Part shown: in pieces, positions 35,071 to 45,465 of the stretch
Position numbering within the stretch: the stretch's first letter is position 1
Layout: each line of letters starts with the position of its first letter
Source: a virus
Taxonomy: Duplodnaviria; Caudoviricetes
IMG/VR virus record: IMGVR_UViG_3300047564_001818
Length of the DNA stretch: 64,000 bases
Strand: one strand, 5' to 3'
Program-made: the position numbers and the translations under genes
Notes under the pieces: generated by a model
Database searches by the model: none
Seen by the model: the letters and a program-made list of their open reading frames with translations, nothing else
Told to the model about the DNA's origin: nothing

Positions 35071-36279
35071 TTAGCCTCTTGTGCTGTTAATTGCTTGTTG
35101 TGCAAAACTTGATAGTTTTTTATCACCTTTTCTAATAGAATTTCTTAGATCTGTTTCTATTGCAGCTTTTGCGCCTGCATCTAAACGATTAAATGAACTA
35201 TAGGTAACACCATTGACTGTACCGCTGTTTAGTGCTCTAGCTAAGAAACTTCTGTTAGCACTTGGGTTACTAGCTAGGCCGTTTATTAATGCGTCCGAGT
35301 TTCTAACCTGTGTTTGATTTGCAGCTAGTCTACTTGTAGACCTATCTCTTTGACTATCTTGTGTTGGTATTAGATATTGAGGCAATGCTCCTGGTAATCT
35401 TGGTCCTGTGTCAGCAATATTAGTAGTAGGACGTTTGCTAGCACTATTGCTCATTCTAGCTAATAATCCTACAAATGTATTTAATAGAGGATTTAACAGT
35501 GTAGGTTCTGTAGTATAAAAATTGCTTAAACTTTCATCCCAGTACCCTAACGGACTTGGTACATTATCGTAGCGGGTTTCTTCTGATGTAAATCCTGCAG
35601 GTTCATTTCCGTCTATTTTGCCGTGGTCGTAAAGAACACCTTCGTAGGCCACTACAATACTGTTTTCCATCATGCCGGCGCCGTCACTGTTATCTAGTGT
35701 GTCATGGCCCCATTGTGTAATTAATGGATTTATAAGTGTATAACTGAACCAGTTGCGTCTTGCTAGCTGGTATATTTTTATGTAGTTAAAAAACGGCATT
35801 AACTTATTGTTGTCTAAACCGTATTTTGGAACTATAGTTGAGTATTTGTCTCTTGGATTATACGCACCATCTCTAGGATTATTGTTGCCATCACGGAAAT
35901 AATATCTGTAGTATTCTTCTAGCATAGCTCTTGTAAGGCCGTTGTTATCATCATGAAATCGTATGTTTACGTCTTGATAGTCTATGCGTGTTTGAATATT
36001 CTTTTTACGGTTATATTGTTGTTTGTTATCAACTGATGCTCTATACTGCGGCAAGTCTACGTTTTTGGCTAACACACCTATTTCTTTTTGAAACTTAAGG
36101 CTATTACTAGTAGCACTATCGCCTACGCTAGAAAACGGTTGGAATACTACATGATAGAGAAACTTTGTCTTGGGTGCTAGCGCAAAACTATGCTCAGTAT
36201 ATAATCTATGTGCATGACGGGCATCTCTTAGATGTACGTCAAGGTCAACATTGCGTAAATATGGGTCTCTTATACTCAT
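35071..36279 (-). CDS. tail-tube-fold baseplate protein (gp48/gp54-like)
   Basis: VDLP..., QYNRKKNIQTRIDY.DVNIRFHDD resembles the tube fold; adjacent to tube gene; late promoter at 36285-36291. Confidence 0.65.
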   Translation of the reverse strand: MSIRDPYLRNVDLDVHLRDARHAHRLYTEHSFALAPKTKFLYHVVFQPFSSVGDSATSNSLKFQKEIGVLAKNVDLPQYRASVDNKQQYNRKKNIQTRIDYQDVNIRFHDDNNGLTRAMLEEYYRYYFRDGNNNPRDGAYNPRDKYSTIVPKYGLDNNKLMPFFNYIKIYQLARRNWFSYTLINPLITQWGHDTLDNSDGAGMMENSIVVAYEGVLYDHGKIDGNEPAGFTSEETRYDNVPSPLGYWDESLSNFYTTEPTLLNPLLNTFVGLLARMSNSASKRPTTNIADTGPRLPGALPQYLIPTQDSQRDRSTSRLAANQTQVRNSDALINGLASNPSANRSFLARALNSGTVNGVTYSSFNRLDAGAKAAIETDLRNSIRKGDKKLSSFAQQAINSTRG

Positions 36280-36316
36280 AATAATATTTATCTGTAAAAT
36301 AAACTGTGTAGATAAT

Positions 36317-36349
36317 AAAAAAGCGAGAACTGATGCTCTCGCTTTTTTT
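36317..36349. terminator. bidirectional Rho-independent terminator
   Basis: AAAAAAGCGAGA...TCTCGCTTTTTT. Confidence 0.85.
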
Positions 36350-36373
36350 GAATAGACGCCAAACTAAGCTGTG

Positions 36374-37018
36374 TTAGCCAGTAACGCCAGTGCCGCCAAT
36401 TGAAGCTGCTACAGCTCTTACAATAGATTCGCCTACGCCAACGAATTCTTCGTCTGCACCAAACTGTATTGCGTTATCGTAACGAATAGTCAGTGTGGTT
36501 GTTACTGGTTCGTTAGTAGCATATGCTAGTGTGTTATAGTTTGCTGATTCGATATAGCAACCCACTAGATGGAAACGATCAATTACGTTTGCACCCGATG
36601 CACCATTGCCGCCGTCTAGTATTTCAATTCTAGTTTGGAACTTATAGCTGCCGCTTGACACTGCGCTCGATTGTTCAAAGAAGTCGAATTGACGTTGTAG
36701 TTGCTGACCAACGATTTTTTGTACGTTGTTGTTAGCATCTTCACGTAGGGTAAGTGTGATTGGTTCCCATGTGTGCTTGCCAGCAAGATAAGTTCTTGAG
36801 TTGTAAGCATCAATGGTCATTTGTTCAAAAGTTAAGTTTGGACGAGTTACGTCTACTACTTGTCTTGATATTTCTCTAATTCCGTCAGGCCCGCCTGTAG
36901 TTCCAAAATTATCTAGGAAAACACGGAAACGATACTGTAGCTTAGGCATCAATAGAGAACTGTTTGAGCCGCCGCCTTCTGTTGGTATCGATATATTTGT
37001 AAGTGTTGTGATTGGCAT
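36374..37018 (-). CDS. tail tube protein (gp19-like)
   Basis: LMPKLQYRFRV, VTRP, YLAGKHTWEPITLTLR, LTIRYDNA. Confidence 0.85.
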   Translation of the reverse strand: MPITTLTNISIPTEGGGSNSSLLMPKLQYRFRVFLDNFGTTGGPDGIREISRQVVDVTRPNLTFEQMTIDAYNSRTYLAGKHTWEPITLTLREDANNNVQKIVGQQLQRQFDFFEQSSAVSSGSYKFQTRIEILDGGNGASGANVIDRFHLVGCYIESANYNTLAYATNEPVTTTLTIRYDNAIQFGADEEFVGVGESIVRAVAASIGGTGVTG

Positions 37019-37039
37019 TCTATTCTCCTATTACAGTAG

Positions 37040-37047
37040 TATTTATA
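37040..37047 (-). promoter_or_regulatory. T4-type late promoter
   Basis: exact TATAAATA followed by AGGAG RBS. Confidence 0.8.
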
Positions 37048-37090
37048 CGCTTTTGGGCTGGCTTTTATACCAGCCCATTATATGCGTATA

Positions 37091-40000
37091 TTATCCTAGA
37101 GCTGCAATTTCTCCTGTGTTCTTAATGCGCAACGGAATGTAGATGAATTCAATTGCTTTAACTGGTTCAATTGCGATATCTAGCCATAGCTCGTTACGAT
37201 CAATTCTAGCCGGTGTGTTGTTAGATTCATCACACACTACTAGGAAGTCGTATAGTGCTCTTAGACTTACTAGTTCTAGAAGAAGTGCATCTGCTGCGGC
37301 CTTAACTTGATCACGAGTGATTTTGTCATTTGGTTCAAACAGATATGGTCTTGCTAGTAATTCTAGCTGTCCTCTTAGATACACAATCAAACGTGCTACG
37401 TTTACACGATCTAGCGCACTAGCATTTCTTGCGCGAGTCTTTTGACCAAATACTACTAACCCGGCACCACTAATAGTTGTGATTGGGTTAATGTTGTTTT
37501 GATAAAGTGTGTCACGTTGTCCGGTGTTCAGTGCAATTGAAACAAATTCGCCTTCTGCGTTAATGTAACCGCTTGCAGTTGCATTTGTTACGCCACCGCG
37601 TCTTGTACCTGCAGGTGCAAACCAGGGGAATGCTACTTGGTCGTTTAGTACAAGTGTGCGCAGTGCCATATGGCTCGGAGGAACAACAACATTTCTGCCA
37701 AAGTTGTCGCTTGTAAAGCCCCATGGATAATACATTGCTAGATACTCATCACGGCTTACCGCACCGTCGTCATTGTCTTCAACGGCTAGTCTAACATTAG
37801 TTGCCCATTCGTTTAGTGAAGTAGCATCTGGTGTTAATCTTGCCGGAGTGTCACCTACAACAAACGCAGTTAGACGACGGTCATAGTTTAGTGTAACCAT
37901 TTCGCCTATCAGTTCAGGATATCCTGGTGTAGCAATCAAGTTAAACTGACGAGTTTCTTCGTCGCGGATTTCTTGGTTACTGTTGACCATTGCTTGTAGT
38001 GCTTGAACAACACTCTTACGCTGCGCAAAACGTCCAAATGTACCTGAACCGTCTACGTTATTGCCGCTATCAGTTACCCAACGATGTGGATAGTAACCAT
38101 CCATAGATTCTCCGCCTGCTCTATCGTTGTCGCCTGCTAGGTCGATATAGTTACGAACAAAACGCTTTACGTTATATCCACTACGACGTAGATTCCATAG
38201 CAGCATACCTTTTGGGTACAGAGCAGGATCTGGAGCATCAGGATCTAGGTAATCACTAGTTAATAGATCTTCAATAGTTGCTTCTGCACTGTTGCTACCT
38301 GCATCGCTCCAACGAGCATCAGCAAATAGAACTCCATTTTCTGTAGTTTGGTCTGTTTTGTCTAACAATACCCATTCGCCTAGTGTTCCGTTGTAACGAT
38401 GTATTTGCGGATAGTTTTCTGTATCAGCAGTTGAAATCCAAAGATCACCGTCTACTAGTGCAGTATCGTCTGTTTGAACAGTTGGCTCACTAGCACTTAC
38501 AATAGGACCAGTTGGGTTAGTGTCTTCATATTCTGCCGAATAGTTTTGATATCCTACCCAAGTTGTACCGTCATGAATCATAACGTCAACTTCTCTTACT
38601 ACTGAACTATACCATAGTTCACCGTCTGCTGTTAGGCTTAGCGGCTCATCAGCAGAAGCAGTATAGCTTAGTTCTTTCCAGTTTGATGCTACCCAATCAT
38701 TATTACCATCACCGGTTGGTACAGCATATAGATTTACGGTACCAGTTTCGGTTACTAGATTAAATGGTGCAAATCCAGCTAGATTAAGAAGACCAATAGT
38801 ATCTGCAATTCTAATGTCGCCGCCTGTTTTATGTTGAATTACTATTCTATTATTTGCATCAACTGAAGCTATAATATTAGTAAATCCTGCTGCATTTATT
38901 GCACCAGCTACTGCGTCAGCATCAGCTGCTGCGCCAGCAGTAGTCACACTGATAGTTTTGGTACTTCTAATCAGTGATCCAACTAATGTTTCTTCCATAT
39001 TAAATGTATATGTACTACCTACATCAAATTGTGAAACTATTCTGCTACTTACAATCTGAGTTGCTCCACGTGTAACACGACGGTAAATTTTAAAGTTAGC
39101 TAGTGCAGGTGAAACTTCTTCGATATTTGCTTTTACATAAAGATCACCTATTGCTAGGTTTGCGCCACCACCGGAGCGATCAAGGGCAACTAGAGCAGCT
39201 TCTGATGTTGTGTACACAGGAGCACTTAGAGTTTCCCAAAGTTGTGTATCGCCATTGTACTGCTTTACACGAATGTCAGCACCTGCATTTGGTATAGTTG
39301 TTTTTACCCAAAGGCTTCCTGTTGGCGCAGGGCTTGCGTCTGTTGACTTGTAAGTTGGTACTTGTGTGTGAGGTTGGATTACTAATCTAGGAGCACTGTA
39401 TGTTCCTTCGATAATTCCTAGTGCACCTGCATCTGATGCTGAACCTGCGCTTCCTGTTAGCGTACCAATGCCACCTGCAATAACTACACCGTTAGGATAG
39501 TTTGAATCAGATCCATCATAGTATATTTCAAGAGAACCGTTTACTACCGCAGCACTAACACCAGTAATACCAGCATCGTTAATGTCTGTAGCTAATGCGC
39601 TTACAGTAGCACCATCGAGCACAACAGTTGACCCGTTAATTACAATACTGTCGCCATTTGTTAATGTAGGATTTGGGCTTGATCCGCGTACAGCTGGCCA
39701 ACTTGCTTTCCAATCAGGTGATCCTACTTCTACCCAACTACCAGGTGTAATACCTGCTGCGTTTCCAGCAGTCTTGTACCATACTCTGTTAGCAGTAGTA
39801 GTAGCGTCAACTGCATAATCGCCAATTGCACCAATTGATGTTTTTGGTGCATCAGTGTTAATGTCAATGTCTGATGTTTCTGTAATTACAACTGGTGTTC
39901 TTGATGAGAAACTTTGTCCGCCTGTTGTAGTAACAGGTGCTGCATTCCATTCTAGAATACCAAAACGTGTAACCTGTGTGTCAAACCAGTAAGCACCATC

Positions 40001-40393
40001 TGCTGGCTCACCGCCCGGCGCAGTGGCACTAGCTTCTAGTTTGCCTAGGTCTAGATCAGCACGAACTACATATGCACGATTTGAAACACCTAAAAGTGAG
40101 TAAGCTGTGTGTAGTCCGTATTCGTTTAATTCGCCGCCGTGGATTGGATTGTTATTGTTGTCTGTATAGAACAACGCATCTCCAAATGTTTCACCAAGCT
40201 CTCTCTGGCTGGTGATTAAATATGCTCTACCAGCGTTCGCTTTGAGTGTACCTCGTGCAATTCCTGAGCCGCTGCTTGAAGTTTTATTTTCTGCTGTAGC
40301 TACAAAAATTAGTGGTACAGTACCAGCTGCTGCCGGAGTGTAAAAGCTTTCGTCAATTACGCTAACTTCTACGCCTGGTGATACTAATGCCAT
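37091..40393 (-). CDS. tail sheath protein (gp18-like)
   Basis: MALVSPGVEVSVIDES, WFAPAGTRRG, SALDRVNVARL, FEPND, IEFIYIP; late promoter TAAATA at 40431-40436. Confidence 0.95.
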   Translation of the reverse strand: MALVSPGVEVSVIDESFYTPAAAGTVPLIFVATAENKTSSSGSGIARGTLKANAGRAYLITSQRELGETFGDALFYTDNNNNPIHGGELNEYGLHTAYSLLGVSNRAYVVRADLDLGKLEASATAPGGEPADGAYWFDTQVTRFGILEWNAAPVTTTGGQSFSSRTPVVITETSDIDINTDAPKTSIGAIGDYAVDATTTANRVWYKTAGNAAGITPGSWVEVGSPDWKASWPAVRGSSPNPTLTNGDSIVINGSTVVLDGATVSALATDINDAGITGVSAAVVNGSLEIYYDGSDSNYPNGVVIAGGIGTLTGSAGSASDAGALGIIEGTYSAPRLVIQPHTQVPTYKSTDASPAPTGSLWVKTTIPNAGADIRVKQYNGDTQLWETLSAPVYTTSEAALVALDRSGGGANLAIGDLYVKANIEEVSPALANFKIYRRVTRGATQIVSSRIVSQFDVGSTYTFNMEETLVGSLIRSTKTISVTTAGAAADADAVAGAINAAGFTNIIASVDANNRIVIQHKTGGDIRIADTIGLLNLAGFAPFNLVTETGTVNLYAVPTGDGNNDWVASNWKELSYTASADEPLSLTADGELWYSSVVREVDVMIHDGTTWVGYQNYSAEYEDTNPTGPIVSASEPTVQTDDTALVDGDLWISTADTENYPQIHRYNGTLGEWVLLDKTDQTTENGVLFADARWSDAGSNSAEATIEDLLTSDYLDPDAPDPALYPKGMLLWNLRRSGYNVKRFVRNYIDLAGDNDRAGGESMDGYYPHRWVTDSGNNVDGSGTFGRFAQRKSVVQALQAMVNSNQEIRDEETRQFNLIATPGYPELIGEMVTLNYDRRLTAFVVGDTPARLTPDATSLNEWATNVRLAVEDNDDGAVSRDEYLAMYYPWGFTSDNFGRNVVVPPSHMALRTLVLNDQVAFPWFAPAGTRRGGVTNATASGYINAEGEFVSIALNTGQRDTLYQNNINPITTISGAGLVVFGQKTRARNASALDRVNVARLIVYLRGQLELLARPYLFEPNDKITRDQVKAAADALLLELVSLRALYDFLVVCDESNNTPARIDRNELWLDIAIEPVKAIEFIYIPLRIKNTGEIAALG

Positions 40394-40515
40394 ATTAATT
40401 CTCCTGTTGGATAGTTCAATTATCTAACAGTATTTAGTTAATCTCATTTAAAAAAGCCCGTATAACAGCCTGGAAAAGGGGTCGAAAAGGTTAGTTTCGC
40501 GAAGTTAAATACAAT

Positions 40516-40851
40516 ATGAGACCATTGTGCGTATGTGGACAACGTCCCGCAGCTATAAATTATATCAAAGAAGGAAAAACCTATTATCGCAAGAAATGCG
40601 AACGCTGTTTGCGCAACGGTATAGGGCACGGTATACCTAAATGGCAGCAAGCAGGATACGAGAAAAAATGCTACTGCGAAAAATGCGGTTTTAAATCAAA
40701 ACATTTAGAACAGTTTAATGTGTATCACATAGACGGAGATTTACTAAACACTAGGCCTAATAATCTCAAAACCATATGTGCCAATTGTCAGCGTATACTA
40801 CAAAAAGAAGGTGTACGCTGGCGTCAGGGCGATTTAACCCCTGACTTCTAA
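40516..40851 (+). CDS. zinc-binding HNH-like protein
   Basis: CxC, CERC, CEKC, YHIDGDLLNTRPNNLKTICANC; TAAATA at 40506-40511. Confidence 0.7.
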   Translation: MRPLCVCGQRPAAINYIKEGKTYYRKKCERCLRNGIGHGIPKWQQAGYEKKCYCEKCGFKSKHLEQFNVYHIDGDLLNTRPNNLKTICANCQRILQKEGVRWRQGDLTPDF

Positions 40852-41343
40852 ATACTTCATTAACTGAGCGAGATTAAACTCTAGTTCTTCTAATGTGCCG
40901 TTGTTATCTAATGTAAAATCAGACATCCACTGCTCTAGACTCATACTAGTAGGCGCTTCTAGTGGCAAATGATCTGATCTGTCAACCCAAACTGCATAAT
41001 CAAACACACCGGTGTTTCGCATGGCATGAAATTCACGTTTGTTGCGCAAGCCGCAGTAAATATCATGCGCAGCGAATATTTCTCTGCCTAAACGACTTGC
41101 ATCAGGAACATTATAAGCGCAGATAGCATCATACCATTCTGCTCTGTGATTGTGCCTGTCAGCATAGCACTCTTCTTCATTATAATATCCATATTTGTCC
41201 TTTAGCATGTCAAAGATAAAAAGTTTGCTACAAAACTGGCTGCTACTCTCGAAACTATAGCTATATTTGTCTTTCAGCATTTCGCACACAGTATCTTTAC
41301 CGTGGCGGCCGTGACCTATTACTAACAGTTTAAATTTATGCAT
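40834..41343 (-). CDS. deoxynucleoside monophosphate kinase-like P-loop protein
   Basis: GHGRHGKDT, WYDAI, GLRNKRE, LDNNGTLEEL. Confidence 0.75.
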   Translation of the reverse strand: MHKFKLLVIGHGRHGKDTVCEMLKDKYSYSFESSSQFCSKLFIFDMLKDKYGYYNEEECYADRHNHRAEWYDAICAYNVPDASRLGREIFAAHDIYCGLRNKREFHAMRNTGVFDYAVWVDRSDHLPLEAPTSMSLEQWMSDFTLDNNGTLEELEFNLAQLMKYLEVRG

Positions 41344-41363
41344 TGCTACCTCTTTGTGTTTTT

Positions 41364-41393
41364 ATTATATAGCACAAAGAAGAAACTTGTCAA
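41364..41393 (-). promoter_or_regulatory. sigma70-type promoter
   Basis: TTGACA-18-TATAAT. Confidence 0.65.
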
Positions 41394-42373
41394 CCTATAA
41401 TGAAGCCGTAGCCGTTGCCGCCGCTGACTGCTGTTGAAACTTGTAGCTCTAGCTTTTCTAGTTCAGCCTGTGCTTCTGCTTTGAGACTGTCACCATTCAG
41501 CGTTGACCCACCTTGAGGTCCAGCAATAGTAGCAAACTTACTACGTGCTTCACCTAGCATGTACTTACACATGGCCAGCGTGTAATCTTTGATCCATTCA
41601 CGTGCTAGATAGTCGTTGAGGAGATCAAGATCTGGACGATAGTTGTAGGCATACAGCATCATAGTTTCTTCTGCTCTAGGACGCTGTAGCAGTGTTAGTT
41701 TTTTACTACCACTGTTCCATTTAAACTCTATAAAGCTACCAAACATACGTCCTACCAGTTCTTGATACTGCGAGAAGAAATCGTATGTCGCCAAGCCACC
41801 TAGTTGCGATCCGCTGAGTAAGTAAGCGTTAGTATAAGCAAGGCTAAAAGGATCGAACAAGCTTCCGCCACCGCTTTGACCACTAGTAAACAAGCTAACT
41901 CCTACTGTGTCGCCTGCGTTTAAGCCTGTGTTAAACGTGATAGATCTTTGCGCTGTATCTGTAACATAGTTTGTGTTTTCTTGACCGTTTACAGTTACTA
42001 TCACTGTTTGAACGCTGAGTAGATTATAGTTAACGTCAAAGGTTTGTTGACCTGCTGTAGCTGTAAAACTTTTGGTAAAGATAGGACCACCGGTAGAAGA
42101 TGTGCTAGGTCTTGATCCTATACTGCGACGAAAGATCTGTCGCACTTCTATAACTTCTCTAGGCAGCACATATTCGTTTTGATCTGGCACTGTAGTTAGA
42201 AACAGGTAACTTTCTTCAACTGACGCATCTGAACGTTGTCTATACTTGCCTAGTGCTTTACTAAGTGCTGTTTCGTAATGTATTGGGTCTAGTTCAACAT
42301 CGACCATCCCGCCGCCTAATAGAGCGTGTACATAATCAAATACTTCTTGTTTGCTTGTTGCTAAATCTGCCAT
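41390..42373 (-). CDS. neck protein (gp13-like) with an inserted beta domain
   Basis: VELDPIHY, WIKDYTLAMCKYMLGEARSKF, PQGGSTLNG; start placed at MADLAT. Confidence 0.85.
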   Translation of the reverse strand: MADLATSKQEVFDYVHALLGGGMVDVELDPIHYETALSKALGKYRQRSDASVEESYLFLTTVPDQNEYVLPREVIEVRQIFRRSIGSRPSTSSTGGPIFTKSFTATAGQQTFDVNYNLLSVQTVIVTVNGQENTNYVTDTAQRSITFNTGLNAGDTVGVSLFTSGQSGGGSLFDPFSLAYTNAYLLSGSQLGGLATYDFFSQYQELVGRMFGSFIEFKWNSGSKKLTLLQRPRAEETMMLYAYNYRPDLDLLNDYLAREWIKDYTLAMCKYMLGEARSKFATIAGPQGGSTLNGDSLKAEAQAELEKLELQVSTAVSGGNGYGFIIG

Positions 42374-42390
42374 GCGAGTTCTCCACACAG

Positions 42391-42411
42391 TATTTATCGC
42401 AGCGATAAATA
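42391..42411. promoter_or_regulatory. palindromic divergent late promoters
   Basis: TATTTATCGC-A-GCGATAAATA perfect inverted repeat. Confidence 0.8.
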
Positions 42412-42416
42412 TGTAT

Positions 42417-43580
42417 ATGCCAAGATTAAGCTTATATAAACCAGAACGCGGCAATGACTACAACTTTCTAGATCGTCAGATCCAGGAGATGTTTACAGTT
42501 GGCGGTACTGATATTAACATTCACAAATATCTAGGACCTGAAAATCCTGCAGAAGGAACAGGTACTGCTGATCAACCTACTTATGATGCTGTTAAAGAAA
42601 CAAACATACAGGATCTACTGTTTTTAGAAAATAGAGATCGCAAATATGATCCTGATATCTACAATACTAGAGGTATCTATAATGTCCAAGACATTGATTT
42701 TAATCTAAGTCAGTTTGGTTTATTTTTAAGCAACGATACACTGTTTCTTACAGTGCATATTAACAGTATAGTAAAGACACTAGGACGCAAGCCTTTGTCA
42801 GGCGATGTAATAGAGTTGCCGCATCTTAAAGATGAATATGCGTTGAACAACTATGACTTTGCGCTCAAAAGATTTTATGTAATAGAAGATGTAAACCGTG
42901 CTTCTGAAGGCTTTAGTCAAACTTGGTACCCGCATCTATATAGACTTAAATTAAAGCAAATCTATGACGGACAAGAATACGCAGAAATCTTAGACTTGCC
43001 AGCAGGCGAAGATACTGACACTACACTGCGTGATATACTGTCAACCTATGAAAAGGAGATGCAGATCAGTGCTGCTGTGGTAGCACAGGCTGAAGCAGAC
43101 GCTCCTAGGTCAGGATTTGAAGTCAGTCATCTTTATAGTATTGCTGCCAACGAAGACGGCACTATAGATTTAAGAACTGCTGATCAAGACGATCTTGATG
43201 CCAGCGGTATTACAGTTACAGCAGATGAAATAAACAACATGCCTGAACGTTTAGGATATGCAGGATACTTAATAAACTACGGCGACGATGCTGCTCCAAA
43301 CGGTGCACCTTTTGGTTTTGGAATTCAGTTTCCTAGAAACAATCTCGAAGGCGATTTCTTTTTGCGAACAGATTTTATGCCAAACAGAATGTTCCGTTAC
43401 GATGGTCAACGTTGGGTCAAAGTGATAGACAGTTTACGTATGACACTATCTAACACACTAGAGCGTCAGACTCAGAAATCTAGCTTTATTAATAATACCA
43501 ATACTAATCAGATCGGTGGCGAAACTGTTGAAGAAAGACAGAGCTTGAGCAAAGCACTTAGACCAAGGGCAGATAACTAA
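42417..43580 (+). CDS. neck/head-closure protein (gp14-like)
   Basis: LFLENRDRKYD, LSQFGLF, GDVIELPH; divergent from gp13. Confidence 0.8.
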   Translation: MPRLSLYKPERGNDYNFLDRQIQEMFTVGGTDINIHKYLGPENPAEGTGTADQPTYDAVKETNIQDLLFLENRDRKYDPDIYNTRGIYNVQDIDFNLSQFGLFLSNDTLFLTVHINSIVKTLGRKPLSGDVIELPHLKDEYALNNYDFALKRFYVIEDVNRASEGFSQTWYPHLYRLKLKQIYDGQEYAEILDLPAGEDTDTTLRDILSTYEKEMQISAAVVAQAEADAPRSGFEVSHLYSIAANEDGTIDLRTADQDDLDASGITVTADEINNMPERLGYAGYLINYGDDAAPNGAPFGFGIQFPRNNLEGDFFLRTDFMPNRMFRYDGQRWVKVIDSLRMTLSNTLERQTQKSSFINNTNTNQIGGETVEERQSLSKALRPRADN

Positions 43581-44992
43581 TGCTTCACTTCTACGATGGA
43601 CAACTTAGACGCTACACCACACAGATGATGCGTATACTCAGCAACTTTCCTGTCAAAGACGGCAGGGGCATCATCAAGCAAGTGCCTGTAATGTATGGTG
43701 ATCTTACTCGTCAAGTAGCTAACATTATACGTGAAAACTCAGAAAACAAGCTGCCTAGTGCGCCTAGAATATCAGTCTATATTACTGGGTTAGAACTAGA
43801 TAAAGAACGACTAACTGATGCTACTTATACTCGTAGAACCAATATTAGAGAACGTGCATACGACGAACAAAACAACGAATATCTTAACTACCAAGGCAAA
43901 AACTACACAGTAGAACGCCTTATACCTACACCTTATTTGATGAGATTGAACGCTGATATATGGGCATCAAACACTGATCAAAAACTTCAGTTGCTAGAAC
44001 AGATACTGGTGCTGTTTAATCCAAGTCTTGAAATGCAAACCACTGACAACTTCATAGACTGGACCAGTATCACAGTGGTTAATCTTGAAAATGTTACATG
44101 GTCAAATCGCAGTGTACCTGTAGGTGTAGACAGTGAAATAGACGTAGCAACTCTTACTTTTAGTATTCCTATCTATATTAGTCCGCCTACTAAAGTTAAG
44201 AAAATGGGTGTTATTACAAACGTTATTACTTCAATGTTTGACGAAACTAGAGGTACTATCGAAACTGGTGTTAGTACTCCCGAGCTTAATCAATACGACG
44301 ATTTTGCAAAATCTGGTGTTGCAGTTAATGAGTTTGGCGTACGAGCACAAACTGAGATTGCTGAACAAATGGCCAATGTTAATTATAATACCTATGGTGT
44401 ATACTTAGAAAACGGATCAGCACAGTTGATTGCAAGAGGTGTAGTTGGCAGCGTTAACTGGCGAGAAATATTCGAAGCACTGCCCGGTTTTTATAGAGCT
44501 GACGTAAGTCGTATCTATCTAACCAGTATAGACAACGGTAACACTGTAACAGGTACTTTCACACTTAATCCATTCGATGAAGGTAAGATCGAAGTAAACT
44601 TTGATACTGACACTTTTCCAACTGACAGTGTTATAGCGGGCAGAACCAGTATAGATTATATCATAGATCCTACTAGATTCAATCCAACCAGTATAAAAAC
44701 AGCAGGTCTAAGACTGTTGTTGTTAGAAGACGTAGGATCCGTAGAAGCAGTAGAAGTAGCTGCGGCATGGCGTAACAACGATAATACAGGTCTTGTTGCT
44801 AGTGCTAACGATATAGTTGAATGGACAGGCACACGCTGGAATATAGTATTTGATGCTAGTGCTACAACTGAGCTGACCTATACCACTAATTTAAACACCA
44901 GCATACAGTATAGATTTAAAGACGGCGAGTGGTTCAAATCAATAGACGGCGACTACTCAGTTGGTACTTGGCGAGTTGAACTAGACGGCTAA
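43580..44992 (+). CDS. tail terminator / sheath stabiliser (gp15-like) with C-terminal extension
   Basis: HFYDGQLRRY, VPVMYGD, LPSAPRISVY, LLEQILVLFNP. Confidence 0.8.
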   Translation: MLHFYDGQLRRYTTQMMRILSNFPVKDGRGIIKQVPVMYGDLTRQVANIIRENSENKLPSAPRISVYITGLELDKERLTDATYTRRTNIRERAYDEQNNEYLNYQGKNYTVERLIPTPYLMRLNADIWASNTDQKLQLLEQILVLFNPSLEMQTTDNFIDWTSITVVNLENVTWSNRSVPVGVDSEIDVATLTFSIPIYISPPTKVKKMGVITNVITSMFDETRGTIETGVSTPELNQYDDFAKSGVAVNEFGVRAQTEIAEQMANVNYNTYGVYLENGSAQLIARGVVGSVNWREIFEALPGFYRADVSRIYLTSIDNGNTVTGTFTLNPFDEGKIEVNFDTDTFPTDSVIAGRTSIDYIIDPTRFNPTSIKTAGLRLLLLEDVGSVEAVEVAAAWRNNDNTGLVASANDIVEWTGTRWNIVFDASATTELTYTTNLNTSIQYRFKDGEWFKSIDGDYSVGTWRVELDG

Positions 44993-45000
44993 CTATTTGT

Positions 45001-45441
45001 ATGAATGACAGGATAGTTTGTAGCGGTGCTCTCTTTTATACACTAGACACCAATCGTTTTTTATTTTTACATCGTAGTCAAGGCAAGCGAGCAGATCTTT
45101 GGGGGCTAGTCGGCGGTACTAACGAAGCCTGTGAAACACCCTGGGAAGGCTTGCAAAGAGAAATACGAGAAGAAATAGGTCAGTTGCCTAAGATTAAAAA
45201 AACATTGCCTCTAGAAAGCTTTGTTAGTACAGACGAAAAGTTTCATTTTCACACATATTTGTGTATAGTAGAGCATGAGTTTATTCCTATACTAAACAAC
45301 GAACACAACGGTTATGCTTGGTGTAGTTTTAATAAATGGCCCAAACCTTTACATCATGGACTTAAGAATACACTTCAAAGTCGCGTCAATCTTCGCAAGT
45401 TAGAAACTGTATTTCAAACTATAAATCTTCTTGACTCTTAA
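45001..45441 (+). CDS. NUDIX hydrolase
   Basis: GGTNEACETPWEGLQREIREE Nudix box. Confidence 0.85.
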   Translation: MNDRIVCSGALFYTLDTNRFLFLHRSQGKRADLWGLVGGTNEACETPWEGLQREIREEIGQLPKIKKTLPLESFVSTDEKFHFHTYLCIVEHEFIPILNNEHNGYAWCSFNKWPKPLHHGLKNTLQSRVNLRKLETVFQTINLLDS

Positions 45442-45459
45442 TAGGTTAGAACATATAAT
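45431..45459 (+). promoter_or_regulatory. sigma70-type promoter for the heptose operon
   Basis: TTGACT-17-TATAAT. Confidence 0.75.
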
Positions 45460-45465
45460 ACTCTT

